IMG/VR virus record: IMGVR_UViG_3300048587_000705
Coordinates: 1-64,000 of that record
Strand: one strand, 5' to 3'
From: a virus
Length of the DNA stretch: 64,000 nt
Below, piece after piece: positions 19,102 to 28,680 of the stretch. Under the pieces are notes generated by a model that was given only the letters and a program-made list of their open reading frames with translations, was not told the origin of the DNA and searched no databases. How positions within the stretch are numbered: the first letter of the stretch is position 1; each line of letters starts with the position of its first letter. The position numbers and the translations under genes were made by a program.

Positions 19102-19423
19102 CCTCTTCTTCTATATATCCCTCGGGCGTTAAATCGCGTACACCGTTTGTAACGTTATAAATTTCATTGCCAATAATCACCTTTTCGGGCGTTATTTGCT
19201 GTATGCCGTTCTCTACATTATATACCTCTGTTGTATTTCCTGTCTGTTTCAGTATTTTGTCCGGCGTCAGGTTCTTTACACCGTTTATAGAGGAATATAT
19301 CTCTATATAGGTAGGTTCCGTTGAATAATCGTGCGTATAAGTCTGTGCCGTTGCTGTGTATGTGGCGGCGAGTGTCAGTATTATTCTTAATAGTTTTTTC
19401 ATGGTTTTTGTAGAAAAGTTCAT
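19088..19423 (-). CDS. secreted protein with three internal repeats
   Basis: Signal peptide MKKLLRIILTLAATYTATA; three E(I/V)Y...NG(V/I)..(L/I)TP(D/E) repeats. Confidence 0.7.
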   Translation of the reverse strand: MNFSTKTMKKLLRIILTLAATYTATAQTYTHDYSTEPTYIEIYSSINGVKNLTPDKILKQTGNTTEVYNVENGIQQITPEKVIIGNEIYNVTNGVRDLTPEGYIEEEDENQ

Positions 19424-19462
19424 TTTTTATTATTGTTCATGTTTCTTGAACACAGTTATTTT

Positions 19463-19690
19463 GTGAACTACACATCCACTAAAGATGAATGTGCTTCGGG
19501 AGGTCGCTGCCTTCTGCAACCAGAACGACTACCGCCCGTTTTTGTTTACCCTGCGAGACAGTCCCTGCCACACAGCAATATTTTTAATATGCAAAACTTG
19601 GTTATCGTAATGCAATGTTTATTTACTTTTAAGGAGTCGCTTACATCCCATCCACAGCAAAGCTGATGAATGGGTTTTACGCTCCGTCAT
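19463..19690 (-). mobile_element. 228-bp non-autonomous IS200/IS605 derivative retaining the omega-RNA region
   Basis: TTTAT flank, then left-end hairpin with AAAA foot; tnpB-like tail IKNIAVWQGLSRRVNKNGR*; right-end hairpin GAAGCACATTCATCTTTAGTGGATGTGTAGTTCAC. Confidence 0.85.
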
Positions 19691-19704
19691 ATAAAAAACC
19701 CCAC

Positions 19705-19905
19705 TCAAACTAAATCGTCTATGTCAATATTGTACTCTTCCAAGAGTTTGTCTATCTTGTCCCACGACTTCTGATAGTCATAGTCGGTGTTCTTAAATTC
19801 GCGCCACCCGTTGTGTACAAGTTCCCATATAAAAAACGCCATGTCGTTGCACTTTGACAGTCTTTTTATCTCTGTCGGGTCATCGCTCTCAAATACTGTC
19901 CTCAT
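19705..19905 (-). CDS. hypothetical protein
   Basis: Packed ORF. Confidence 0.6.
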   Translation of the reverse strand: MRTVFESDDPTEIKRLSKCNDMAFFIWELVHNGWREFKNTDYDYQKSWDKIDKLLEEYNIDIDDLV

Positions 19906-19906
19906 A

Positions 19907-20173
19907 TTATCTTGTCACCTTTATGATAACTTTTTCTACTTCTTCAAGACGCTTCATTATCTCATCTGCGCTCTTGCAGGGTTTCAACGATTCGTCGGTG
20001 TACTTTTGTAGGCACTGCTGTATGTTGTTGTAGTATCTTCTGTCCTCGGACACATATAGCTTTCCTGCGTTCTTTCCCTTTTCGGCGATTTTTGATTCCT
20101 TTTGTACCAATACCCAATTGTTGGCGTCGTTCTCTATACTGTAGTTGTTGTCCAATATTATTTCTCTGCTCAT
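19907..20173 (-). CDS. hypothetical protein
   Basis: ORF downstream of promoter TTTG-N20-TACATTTG (20194-20225). Confidence 0.65.
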   Translation of the reverse strand: MSREIILDNNYSIENDANNWVLVQKESKIAEKGKNAGKLYVSEDRRYYNNIQQCLQKYTDESLKPCKSADEIMKRLEEVEKVIIKVTR

Positions 20174-20240
20174 ATTACTATTTTTATTTTTATCAAATGT
20201 AGTCTATCATACTGCTAATTCCAAAAAGTTTAAAATTCAT

Positions 20241-20936
20241 TTACATAAACATACCGTTTCTCCAATCTATTGTTTTAAATATGTTTGGTAGTTCTTTTTC
20301 CAGTTCTTCGCCTATTCTTGTAGCTATATCGCGCACTTCTTTCTGTGCATGCTCGTCACATCTAACGTTCAAAAAACCTAATAAGTCTCTGAGTGTTGCT
20401 GTTATGTGTATTGTGGTTTTTGTACACAACGGTAAAATATCCCGAACCGTTTCTTTTGCTACGCCCGCATCCACCATAGCTGTATAAGCCTCTTCTATTC
20501 TAACTAACGCGTCTGAGGCTTTTACTATAGCGTTGTAGGCAGGATGATTAAAATCCCCTACGTATTCCCAACCTGTTTTGTCTACAGATATTGTTCCTAT
20601 AACATCTGTACTACTTTGTCTGTTTGTTGGGTGCTCTTTTCTTAATTCTATGTCTTCAAAACCCAACGGCTCTGAATATCTAAGTGACCACTCTTGCCCG
20701 TTTAATGAGCGATGTCTGAAAATCTGTGCTGAGATGCTTCTACGTGTCTCTACTTTAAAACCATAAGAAATATGTTGTAACGGACTCCAATGGCGATGTT
20801 CCATAAGGTATTTTACAAGCTTTCCATTATCTTCTTTTATTGTACCGTGCCTTGCTATCGCCGCCACTATCTCTTCATTCATTAGTTGGGAGTAACCGTT
20901 TACCCCCACCGTCTTACTTATTAATTCTACTTTCAT
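20241..20936 (-). CDS. thyX: FAD-dependent thymidylate synthase
   Basis: HWSP, QIFRHRS...EWSLRY, RCDEHAQKEVR. Confidence 0.93.
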   Translation of the reverse strand: MKVELISKTVGVNGYSQLMNEEIVAAIARHGTIKEDNGKLVKYLMEHRHWSPLQHISYGFKVETRRSISAQIFRHRSLNGQEWSLRYSEPLGFEDIELRKEHPTNRQSSTDVIGTISVDKTGWEYVGDFNHPAYNAIVKASDALVRIEEAYTAMVDAGVAKETVRDILPLCTKTTIHITATLRDLLGFLNVRCDEHAQKEVRDIATRIGEELEKELPNIFKTIDWRNGMFM

Positions 20937-21184
20937 ACAATTCTTCTATTTTTTCCAGTGCCTCTATCTCCATTTCCCAAGCCCTATCCGTGGCCACTCT
21001 CATTTCAAGTGCGCGGACGGCTATCCTGAACAGATCCTTGTCTACCTCTATTGTCTCCATGATTTTTTCTGTTACCACCAGTTCTTTTGTGGATTGGGAA
21101 AATATGTGGTGAATGTAAGATACCCTTGTTTTTCGCCCCTTTCCCTGCGTTCCCGTTCCTCTCGGTCGTACTGCTTTTCCTTTT

Positions 21185-21373
21185 CTACAAACTTTCCATT
21201 ATTCTCCATTTTTCTTTGAATTTTTTAAAATTGTACCTTGTTTTTGTTTCTTTGTCGAGGTTTTTTATAAAAACCGTTGTTTCTGTCAGTTCTTCTACTT
21301 CACCTTTAAACGGCGCGGATGAATAAATATCGTAGGTGTCGAAGATATATGTTTTGTTTAGTTGTAGCTCCAT
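21185..21373 (-). CDS. hypothetical protein
   Basis: Likely start MELQLNK. Confidence 0.55.
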   Translation of the reverse strand: MELQLNKTYIFDTYDIYSSAPFKGEVEELTETTVFIKNLDKETKTRYNFKKFKEKWRIMESL

Positions 21374-21704
21374 TATAGTTTTATGTTTTCTATTTTTACC
21401 GACCCTTGTTTTATTCCCCAAACCCCATCGTCCCATTTTTGTCTAAAATAGTCTTCTATAATTAAACAGAGTTGATCTTGTGTAATTGTTTCTTTTGTAA
21501 AATCAAAGAATCTATCGCTGTGTGTTCTCTCAAATTCAAATGTTATTTCCATAATCTTTAGTAATAATATTTACAAACTCTTCTTTTCCCGCGCCAATAG
21601 TAGTGGATAAAAACAGCTTCGTTGTCCCTGTCCCAATCTACAAAAGGTCTGGTGTACAAATATACAATAATTAAAACAAAAATGCAAGTAATTAACATAA
21701 TTTT

Positions 21705-22322
21705 TTAATTAAACCATTTTAAGGTCGTTTCACCTTCGTAACCCTTTTCCCAAATTATCCAACAATAGCACGCGGCAGATCCTCCTGATTCTTTCATTTT
21801 TTGAAAATCACCATTTTTTGCACATGTAATTCTTGCCGACGAAACCCACACTCTTTTTGGAGGATATTTTTTAAATAATTCCCTTCTTCCTGTGGATTCC
21901 AAAAATTGTATTTTTAAAAACATACACACTTTGTGTCCGTCAGATACTACATCTAAACATTTCTCTACAAAAGGTTTTGCATATTTATAAGGGGGGTTGG
22001 TCACTATATCAGCATCGAACTTTTCTTTAAAATCTTCTTTTAAAAAATCTGCCACTATTGTCCCTTCAAAACCTCGGTCAATTATGTCGTATGTACGTAC
22101 CCCATACCCTTTGTCTAAAAATACTTGTGCTAAATGTCCTTCACCAACACAGGGTTCAATTATGTTTACATCAAGTTTTTCGATTTCTAGTAACATTTCG
22201 GCAGCACGAGGGTCAGTTGCATAATAGTCTTCTGGGTGTCGTTCTTCTTCTGTATGGTTGCTTGCACCCAGTGTTTTATAGATGCTGTTGCTGTTACCTG
22301 TCCAATTTTTGTTTTTTGTCAT
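21705..22322 (-). CDS. DNA amino (N6-adenine) methyltransferase
   Basis: DYYATDP; EPCVGEG SAM-binding motif; NPPY catalytic motif. Confidence 0.88.
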   Translation of the reverse strand: MTKNKNWTGNSNSIYKTLGASNHTEEERHPEDYYATDPRAAEMLLEIEKLDVNIIEPCVGEGHLAQVFLDKGYGVRTYDIIDRGFEGTIVADFLKEDFKEKFDADIVTNPPYKYAKPFVEKCLDVVSDGHKVCMFLKIQFLESTGRRELFKKYPPKRVWVSSARITCAKNGDFQKMKESGGSAACYCWIIWEKGYEGETTLKWFN

Positions 22323-22325
22323 AGT

Positions 22326-22889
22326 TTATTGTTCAAATAATTTTTTTGTTTCTTCACTGTCCGCTATCACCATAATTTTGCTTACATAATCTATGTCCTC
22401 GGCATAATGGTCGCGCAGGTACTGTATATATTGTTGTCTGTTCAGGTCTTTTGTATAGGCGGCGTAATAGAGTCCAAAATCATATACACTGTGCCTCCAA
22501 GTGGGATATATGCTGTATCCCGATTTATCGCTGTCTATTGCCGTTGTGGGGCGGTTCCTTGGCAGTTTCATCCCCATCAGATTGTTTAGTTCCCGAAATT
22601 TATAGCTCTTGAAATTACCGCTCTCGAGCTTCATCTGCGCATAGACTATCCGCTCATTTTTAAGGTTGAGTCCTTTCAATGCCTCTACCAACTTCTTTTC
22701 CGAAAATTTGTCGTGGTGCTCTATGGATACCACCTTTTCGCCGTTTATGTATTCGACCGTTGGTGTGGGCATAAAGGCAAAGAATATCGCGCATATAAAG
22801 AGTACCAAAAAAGCAATCGTCTTTATGCTGTAACAATATCTTACGGGCTCGTATACAAGTTTTTCCCGGCTGAATTTAAAGAGTTTCAT
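22326..22889 (-). CDS. glucosaminidase-domain (GH73-like) peptidoglycan hydrolase with N-terminal TM helix
   Basis: AQMKLESG, NNLMGMK, YAEDIDY. Confidence 0.8.
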   Translation of the reverse strand: MKLFKFSREKLVYEPVRYCYSIKTIAFLVLFICAIFFAFMPTPTVEYINGEKVVSIEHHDKFSEKKLVEALKGLNLKNERIVYAQMKLESGNFKSYKFRELNNLMGMKLPRNRPTTAIDSDKSGYSIYPTWRHSVYDFGLYYAAYTKDLNRQQYIQYLRDHYAEDIDYVSKIMVIADSEETKKLFEQ

Positions 22890-22900
22890 TTACGTGTATT

Positions 22901-23134
22901 TTAATCTGAAAAATATTCTTCTTCTTTTTTAACAATAATTATTTCAAGTTTTTCGTTCTCTATTGATGTTTTAAGAAAATCCAAAAATAAAAGCCCAATC
23001 TCTTTTGCCTTTTTCTCAAATTCCTCCGCAGTTTTTGCCTGTACTATACATCCGGGAAAGTCTACAAAATGTCCTACATGATAACCATCCTCAGTAATGA
23101 GTTTTTTAATTACCAATCCTATGTTTGATTTCAT
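22901..23134 (-). CDS. HicB-family antitoxin-like protein
   Basis: EDGYHVGHFVDFPGCIVQAKTAEE. Confidence 0.75.
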   Translation of the reverse strand: MKSNIGLVIKKLITEDGYHVGHFVDFPGCIVQAKTAEEFEKKAKEIGLLFLDFLKTSIENEKLEIIIVKKEEEYFSD

Positions 23135-23167
23135 ACCTTATATATTTATTTGGTAAAGATACAACAA

Positions 23168-23201
23168 AAAAGGGATATATTGCTATACCCCTCTTGTTTT
23201 T
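23168..23201. terminator. intrinsic terminator after nrdJ
   Basis: AGGGATATA...TATACCCCT imperfect stem with A/T-rich flanks. Confidence 0.55.
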
Positions 23202-23279
23202 ATGAAAATTTTAACGGTTTTATTGATTTACATACAAAGTGTATATCCAACATTCTTTACCTAAATAACTGTACATATT

Positions 23280-25502
23280 CTAAAAAGTTATCTCACATTG
23301 CCCGCCGGAACAGGCTATTGCTGCCGTAGAATCAACATTTGTATAATTTGGCTTTTTTAATATTTCGGTAAAATCTATTAATTTAAAACCTTTATTTATA
23401 GTATTCCATTTATGCCAGAGATGTACATCTTTCATACAATAAATAGTTTCATTTATATCCTTTTTGAAATAATTGGTGCTAAATTTTTTAACCCTCCTTA
23501 TCCAGTCTTTTTTTAATAGTACTTGTGCTCTTGATCCTTCAATAGGTAAATTTTTATCTAATACATGAGTAGTGGCCTTCCACAGGTCTCCATCAAAATA
23601 ATGCAGTCCATCTACAATAAGTCCTGACATAAAAATAGCTCCGTCACCATATCTTTTTATAATCTCTTCTGTGTTAAGTACAGATGTAAATGGGGCTTGG
23701 TTATAATCCTTGTCTCCAAAAATAGACAAAAAAGATACTGCGCTAAAATTATCCTGATTATCAAATATATAATCTACTATTTCATCCTTATTGTCAATAA
23801 TAACGGTATTACTAACATTATGGGTAGTTGTGGGCACGTAACATAACTCTTCCCTTTTACCCTCTTTTACCCACGAATTTTGTACGAGTTCTATGAGTTT
23901 TAGATGTTTTACGCCCTGTATTTCTTCTTTGTACAAAGTTCCTTGTGGATTTTCACAAGGCGAGTACACTACATAATCAGTGCCTGTACTTGACCATACA
24001 GAGTTTTCCAACATTTCTGGCTTATTATCCTCTAACCATTTTGCCGTTTCACTGTCCTTGTTTAGCTGCATTATCCTAAAATATCTCTCCGAGTGCTCTG
24101 GGTGTATACCAGAAGGTGTTTGTAGGATAACGGAAGCATTACCTGATGGTTTTACGGTCGTTGACCTTGCGGAAAGGTTTATCCCTATCACTTTTGCCAC
24201 CTCTTCGTTGGTATCCTTAACTATATTTGCGCCTTTTTTAAGTATTTTTTCGTTGAAAAGTTCGGGACGACCCATCCATCCCGTTATAGAAACCCCTAAT
24301 AAAGCCTCTCCTGCTACTATTTCTTCTGTTTGTACTCCAAGATAGGGAAATGATGTGTAACCTGCTTGTAGGGTTCCTATTATAGAAGCCGTACGACAAA
24401 GTTCATAAAACTTTTCTTCACTGAAATTACCTTTTGTATCCGAACATGCAGATGCACTTATCTCACAAAGATTGCAGAATTGAAAGACAGCCTGTGTTTT
24501 ATCCTTTATCTTACTATAAAAATTAAATTGGATCTCGAAACAAGGGTTGAACATATCATCTTCGTGTGACATAAATACAAATCCCAAATCATTATCTCCC
24601 TCGTTAAGAGATACAAAATCATTAAACTGTTGTTTTGTAAAATTGTTTCTCAGTAACCCTACAGAATTATTACTCCTTGCTCTCCATGGATGTGTCTGCC
24701 TCCAATTTCCCACTTTCGCGTTCAAAAGGTCTTGGTCGTCCTCATCCATAATAATATTCATTGCACTTCTTCTCACCCCTCCTGAAAGAACGGCATCAGA
24801 CAAGTGCATAAATATATCATAAGCTACAATTGATTTGAATTCTTTTGACTCTTCTTCGCCTATATAACTGTTTAAAAGACCCTCTATTCTTTCAAGGGAC
24901 TGTTTCAATCCTTCTGGCCCGGGGGCCCTAAACCCTCCTGTTATCATTGCGCCTTTTGGACGTATTTTTGAATAGTCAAATTTTATTTGGTAACCATAGT
25001 ATTCTTTATATAAAGACGGGTGTTCACAATAAGAACTCAGAAGTACTTTGGCGCTCTCTGCCCAACCTTCTATGCTATCAGGGATTTCAAATACCTTTAC
25101 TTCTTTCCCTCTTTTTGAAAGATTAGGTAATTGTGAAATAAACTTTTTCTTCATAGAAACACCAAGTCCCGTACCCGATAACAACACAAAAAACCCTTTG
25201 TGGAAAACATCTGGTGAGTACGCATAAGAAACACAACAGTTATAAAGTTTACTGTTATTTTTTAAAATCAATTCTCCCCTGAACTGTAAGTTTCTTTGAG
25301 ATACTAAAAACTCTTTATTGTAATAAGATGGTTTTACCTCTTCTATGTATTTTTCAACTTTTTTACCGTATTTTAAAGTGTGAGTATTGAGCACTTTATC
25401 GCAAGCCTCTTCCCAAGTTTCATATCTTTTTTTATCCTCGTCGAATTTTAAATAATCACTGTATAATTTAAGATCCGATATAAATTGTTTTCCTTTACTC
25501 AT
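23280..25502 (-). CDS. nrdJ: class II (adenosylcobalamin-dependent) ribonucleotide reductase
   Basis: YNCC, GGVRRSA, NPCFEI, FCNLCEI, TTVKPSG; C-terminal CSGGQC. Confidence 0.88.
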   Translation of the reverse strand: MSKGKQFISDLKLYSDYLKFDEDKKRYETWEEACDKVLNTHTLKYGKKVEKYIEEVKPSYYNKEFLVSQRNLQFRGELILKNNSKLYNCCVSYAYSPDVFHKGFFVLLSGTGLGVSMKKKFISQLPNLSKRGKEVKVFEIPDSIEGWAESAKVLLSSYCEHPSLYKEYYGYQIKFDYSKIRPKGAMITGGFRAPGPEGLKQSLERIEGLLNSYIGEEESKEFKSIVAYDIFMHLSDAVLSGGVRRSAMNIIMDEDDQDLLNAKVGNWRQTHPWRARSNNSVGLLRNNFTKQQFNDFVSLNEGDNDLGFVFMSHEDDMFNPCFEIQFNFYSKIKDKTQAVFQFCNLCEISASACSDTKGNFSEEKFYELCRTASIIGTLQAGYTSFPYLGVQTEEIVAGEALLGVSITGWMGRPELFNEKILKKGANIVKDTNEEVAKVIGINLSARSTTVKPSGNASVILQTPSGIHPEHSERYFRIMQLNKDSETAKWLEDNKPEMLENSVWSSTGTDYVVYSPCENPQGTLYKEEIQGVKHLKLIELVQNSWVKEGKREELCYVPTTTHNVSNTVIIDNKDEIVDYIFDNQDNFSAVSFLSIFGDKDYNQAPFTSVLNTEEIIKRYGDGAIFMSGLIVDGLHYFDGDLWKATTHVLDKNLPIEGSRAQVLLKKDWIRRVKKFSTNYFKKDINETIYCMKDVHLWHKWNTINKGFKLIDFTEILKKPNYTNVDSTAAIACSGGQCEITF

Positions 25503-25664
25503 TTTAATCAACTAAATTTAAAAATTGCATGTCCTGATTTTGTTATTGTTCTTGAATTTTCTTTCTTTTTATTTACAAAACTTTTATTGTTTATAGCTCG
25601 TGCCCAAAGTCGAAAAAGGGGCGCTCGGATTGGGGGCACCCCTCGTTTATTTTTAAATGGTTGG

Positions 25665-25696
25665 TAAAGATACGTATTTATTTTATACTTACCAAA
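25665..25696 (-). promoter_or_regulatory. promoter for nrdJ
   Basis: TTTG-N20-TATCTTTA. Confidence 0.6.
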
Positions 25697-25717
25697 TAAG
25701 TTAATTTTTGACGGTTT

Positions 25718-26515
25718 TCATCCGAATATTTTTAGATAGGTGGAATAGAGAGAACTTATTTTTTTGACCGTTTCCACTATCATTTTATGTGTATCTTTTA
25801 AACGTTCTTCATCCCAACTGTAAGGTTCGTACCATATCTCTTTTCCGACCGACAGGCTTTCTCTACCGCCGCCGTTAAAACACTCTTTTCCACCCAACCT
25901 TTCTATGATACAATATTCGGCATTTTCTACCTCAAGCCCCTGTTGTCTATATCCAAGTACATAAAGCTCTATTTGGTGCTTTTTATCAAGGTGTAGGTCT
26001 TTTTTACTGCTTTGAGATTTTGTCTTGTAGTCGCGTAGCAGTTTTATTATTTTTCCGTTTATTTCAGGCGTCCTGTCGTCGGTATACCCCAAAACAATTA
26101 CGTCCAATTCCTCTACATAGTAGCATATCTCGTCTTGGAAGATACCCAAAGGCTTTATTTTTTCGAGCGTTTCTTTTTCCCTTGGTGTAAAGTTCTTTTG
26201 CGCGGCGAGAAGGTAGTTTTTATCTGATTCTTCAAGGGTATTTACATCTTTGTCTCGTAATGTTATGTACGCCTCAGCTTCGGATCCGAAGTCCCCCCAA
26301 CCAAGATCTGGAAATTTAATTCCGAGGAAGTACCCCAAAATATATTCAAACTCCCCCAAAAGACCTGTATTGAAGCCTGATTTATCGTTAAAGGACTCTA
26401 TTTGTGACCACGATATATAGTGCTTGCCTATATATTTTTTGTTGTGGGGGTTTTTGTATCTCTCCCATATTTCTTGGGTGTATATTTTTGGCAGTACTGT
26501 TTGGTTTTTTGACAT
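25718..26515 (-). CDS. PD-(D/E)xK nuclease
   Basis: ISWSQ, GYTD, DYKT, QIELY. Confidence 0.8.
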   Translation of the reverse strand: MSKNQTVLPKIYTQEIWERYKNPHNKKYIGKHYISWSQIESFNDKSGFNTGLLGEFEYILGYFLGIKFPDLGWGDFGSEAEAYITLRDKDVNTLEESDKNYLLAAQKNFTPREKETLEKIKPLGIFQDEICYYVEELDVIVLGYTDDRTPEINGKIIKLLRDYKTKSQSSKKDLHLDKKHQIELYVLGYRQQGLEVENAEYCIIERLGGKECFNGGGRESLSVGKEIWYEPYSWDEERLKDTHKMIVETVKKISSLYSTYLKIFG

Positions 26516-27457
26516 CTATAATGTTTTTATAAATTCTTCTACTTCTGTTTGTTTTTCTTTTTTTACCGCTACCTTGTCACCTTTTGTTTGATATACTGAA
26601 AGAAGTATTTTTACGAGGTTTTTTTTATCGGTAGCAGTAAGTTTCTTTTTCTGCGTCAGTTTCTCTATATCCTTTTTCAGGTTGTCGGTCAGTTGGTTTG
26701 TTGCGTAGAGTTTTTCCAGTACTGTTCTTTCATCGACTATTTGTATGTCTGAGCGGTCCACAAATTCCGTATATATGTCTTTCCCTTGCATTTTCAAAAA
26801 GATGTTTATGTTTGCAAGTACATCTTTCTTTACATAGGTAGATATTCTTCCTATACCCTCGTTATAATAGGTTTCTGACACCTCTGCGCCACTTATATCA
26901 TCCTTTGGGGTAGGTATGTCAAAATGATAACATATCTCTTCTACGGAGCTGTTATAGTAATGCGTACCTTTAAACGTCTCCATTAAATCAATTACCATAT
27001 CGAGGTTCCATTGTTTCTTGCCAGATGTTAAAAACTGGTCTGGTAGTACCTGTACCACATTAAAATATTTCCAACCATTGTTGATTATCATAGGTAGGTC
27101 ATACGCCAAGATGTTTGCACCACATACATATTTAAACTGTTGTGTAAGCTCACAGAATATTTTTATAACTTCTTCTTCCGTCCCCTCTATTGATTTTATA
27201 TAAGGGGTATTATTTTTTACAAACCCCACGCCTATTGTCACAATTTTATTATACCCTATTTTTAGGGCAGCACGTTTTTTATAATCTTCTTGCAGTTCTT
27301 CGTCCGTCAAAAATTCATCCGTCTCCCTATTACGGGTCTTTTTTTGGTATAGTTGATATTCCAAGGAATCTATTTCAAGCTCCTTGTTCTTTCTGACTAC
27401 CTCTGCATCAAAGAATAAAACATCTTCAATATTTATTTTTTGGAATTTACTGTTCAT
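26516..27457 (-). CDS. DnaQ/PolB-like 3'-5' exonuclease
   Basis: FFDAE, NILAYDLP, TPKDDISG, YVKKDV. Confidence 0.85.
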   Translation of the reverse strand: MNSKFQKINIEDVLFFDAEVVRKNKELEIDSLEYQLYQKKTRNRETDEFLTDEELQEDYKKRAALKIGYNKIVTIGVGFVKNNTPYIKSIEGTEEEVIKIFCELTQQFKYVCGANILAYDLPMIINNGWKYFNVVQVLPDQFLTSGKKQWNLDMVIDLMETFKGTHYYNSSVEEICYHFDIPTPKDDISGAEVSETYYNEGIGRISTYVKKDVLANINIFLKMQGKDIYTEFVDRSDIQIVDERTVLEKLYATNQLTDNLKKDIEKLTQKKKLTATDKKNLVKILLSVYQTKGDKVAVKKEKQTEVEEFIKTL

Positions 27458-27458
27458 A

Positions 27459-28214
27459 TTAATCTGTTATTTCTACTTGGTAATTGTACATCGCTTTGTG
27501 AACTCTCGGGTCAAGTTGGTCCTTCCATTTGTCGGCGACTTCTTTTATATACTTTTCCTTTTCTATTTTGTAGGTTTGAAAGGCTTCTTCATATGTTAAA
27601 AAACTCCCTAATTTTTTTTGACTTTTATAAGTGTTGATAGACGCAAGAAATCTATTTTTTTGTTTATATACACCTATAGGATATTTACCTCTAAAACTTG
27701 AGCTGTTTGTAAAAATCCCATTAATTTCAGGTGGGACAAAAGCACAGGTCTCTGGTGAATAAATCTTACATTCGGAACAGATTATATCTTTGTCAAGGTG
27801 CCATCCTTTCATTGTTTCTGGGTCATAGTTTTCCTCGAACCATTGCGCAAAGTTCTGGAAATTATGCCATTCTTTACAGACCTCTACGTCTCTGTAGGTG
27901 GGGTATCTTTCAATAGATTTTTCATCATAACATCTTTGTAATATACGAATCCAACGATCTTTTTTAATAGTATCTGTTGTTTTGTATTTCCCTATACCTG
28001 TGAATCCTACACCATAAACTGTTGGAGTAAACCTGTTTTTTATAACTCCATTTTTTACACAATAATAAGATCTATTTTTTACGACTACCCCGTCCTCAAA
28101 CTCTATATCTACGTTTAAAGCGTCTGTGTATTTTATTATTTTATATTTTTGTCCAAACCTGTTTTTATATTCTTCTCCTATTCTATAAGAGTAATCTATG
28201 TATTTATTACCCAT
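27459..28214 (-). CDS. freestanding HNH-type homing endonuclease
   Basis: VCKEWHNFQNFAQW, LDKDI, YSPETCAFVP..IN; AP2-like C-terminus. Confidence 0.85.
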   Translation of the reverse strand: MGNKYIDYSYRIGEEYKNRFGQKYKIIKYTDALNVDIEFEDGVVVKNRSYYCVKNGVIKNRFTPTVYGVGFTGIGKYKTTDTIKKDRWIRILQRCYDEKSIERYPTYRDVEVCKEWHNFQNFAQWFEENYDPETMKGWHLDKDIICSECKIYSPETCAFVPPEINGIFTNSSSFRGKYPIGVYKQKNRFLASINTYKSQKKLGSFLTYEEAFQTYKIEKEKYIKEVADKWKDQLDPRVHKAMYNYQVEITD

Positions 28215-28331
28215 GATTATTTATTTTAACAAACTCGTCCTCTTCCAATATACCTACTACCACTGCCGTTGAATGGTATGTCTTTTGGTTCAAAAACCTT
28301 CTGTCTGTAAATAAGTTTGTTTTCATGGTTT

Positions 28332-28505
28332 TTAATTTAAGTATATTGATAATCCCACACAAAATACAATAAACAGTATAAAGAATATTATTACTCCCTC
28401 TGTAAAACTATTGTCCATATTCTGCCCCGTAACTGGGTCGCCCTTCATTTCCGCGTAGTGTATGGGGTCGTTTTCCTTTAAGTATTCCCAGTGTTCTTTT
28501 TTCAT
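28332..28505 (-). CDS. small membrane protein
   Basis: True start MKKEH lies at the IS junction; C-terminal TM helix. Confidence 0.6.
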   Translation of the reverse strand: MKKEHWEYLKENDPIHYAEMKGDPVTGQNMDNSFTEGVIIFFILFIVFCVGLSIYLN

Positions 28506-28582
28506 AAATAAGCCACGGAAACACACTCATCGCTTTAGCGTGGGTGTGGGGAAAGTGACTAACCCCCTAATTAATAATAGTA

Positions 28583-28669
28583 CAAATATACAAAAAATTA
28601 TTAGTTAAAAACAAATTGTTAGCAAAAATTTAACATATTTGGTGGTTTAAAACTTATTATGTATATTTG
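28583..28669. promoter_or_regulatory. divergent pair of TATATTTG promoters inside the IS left end
   Basis: Minus-strand box 28583-28590 and plus-strand box 28662-28669, each with a TTTG 20-21 nt upstream. Confidence 0.65.
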
Positions 28670-28680
28670 CATCAGCTATC

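Noticed and set aside
19433-19666. 77-aa plus-strand ORF in the intergenic gap
   Set aside because: Lies antisense across the miniature IS element; better explained as non-coding
9207-25502. Introns or inteins in polA, helicase, thyX or nrdJ
   Set aside because: All are uninterrupted and of ordinary length
28506-28510. Alternative IS left boundaries suggested by the AAT microhomology
   Set aside because: The boundary after TCAT fits the hairpin-foot pairing rule and the 12-nt offset shared with the miniature element
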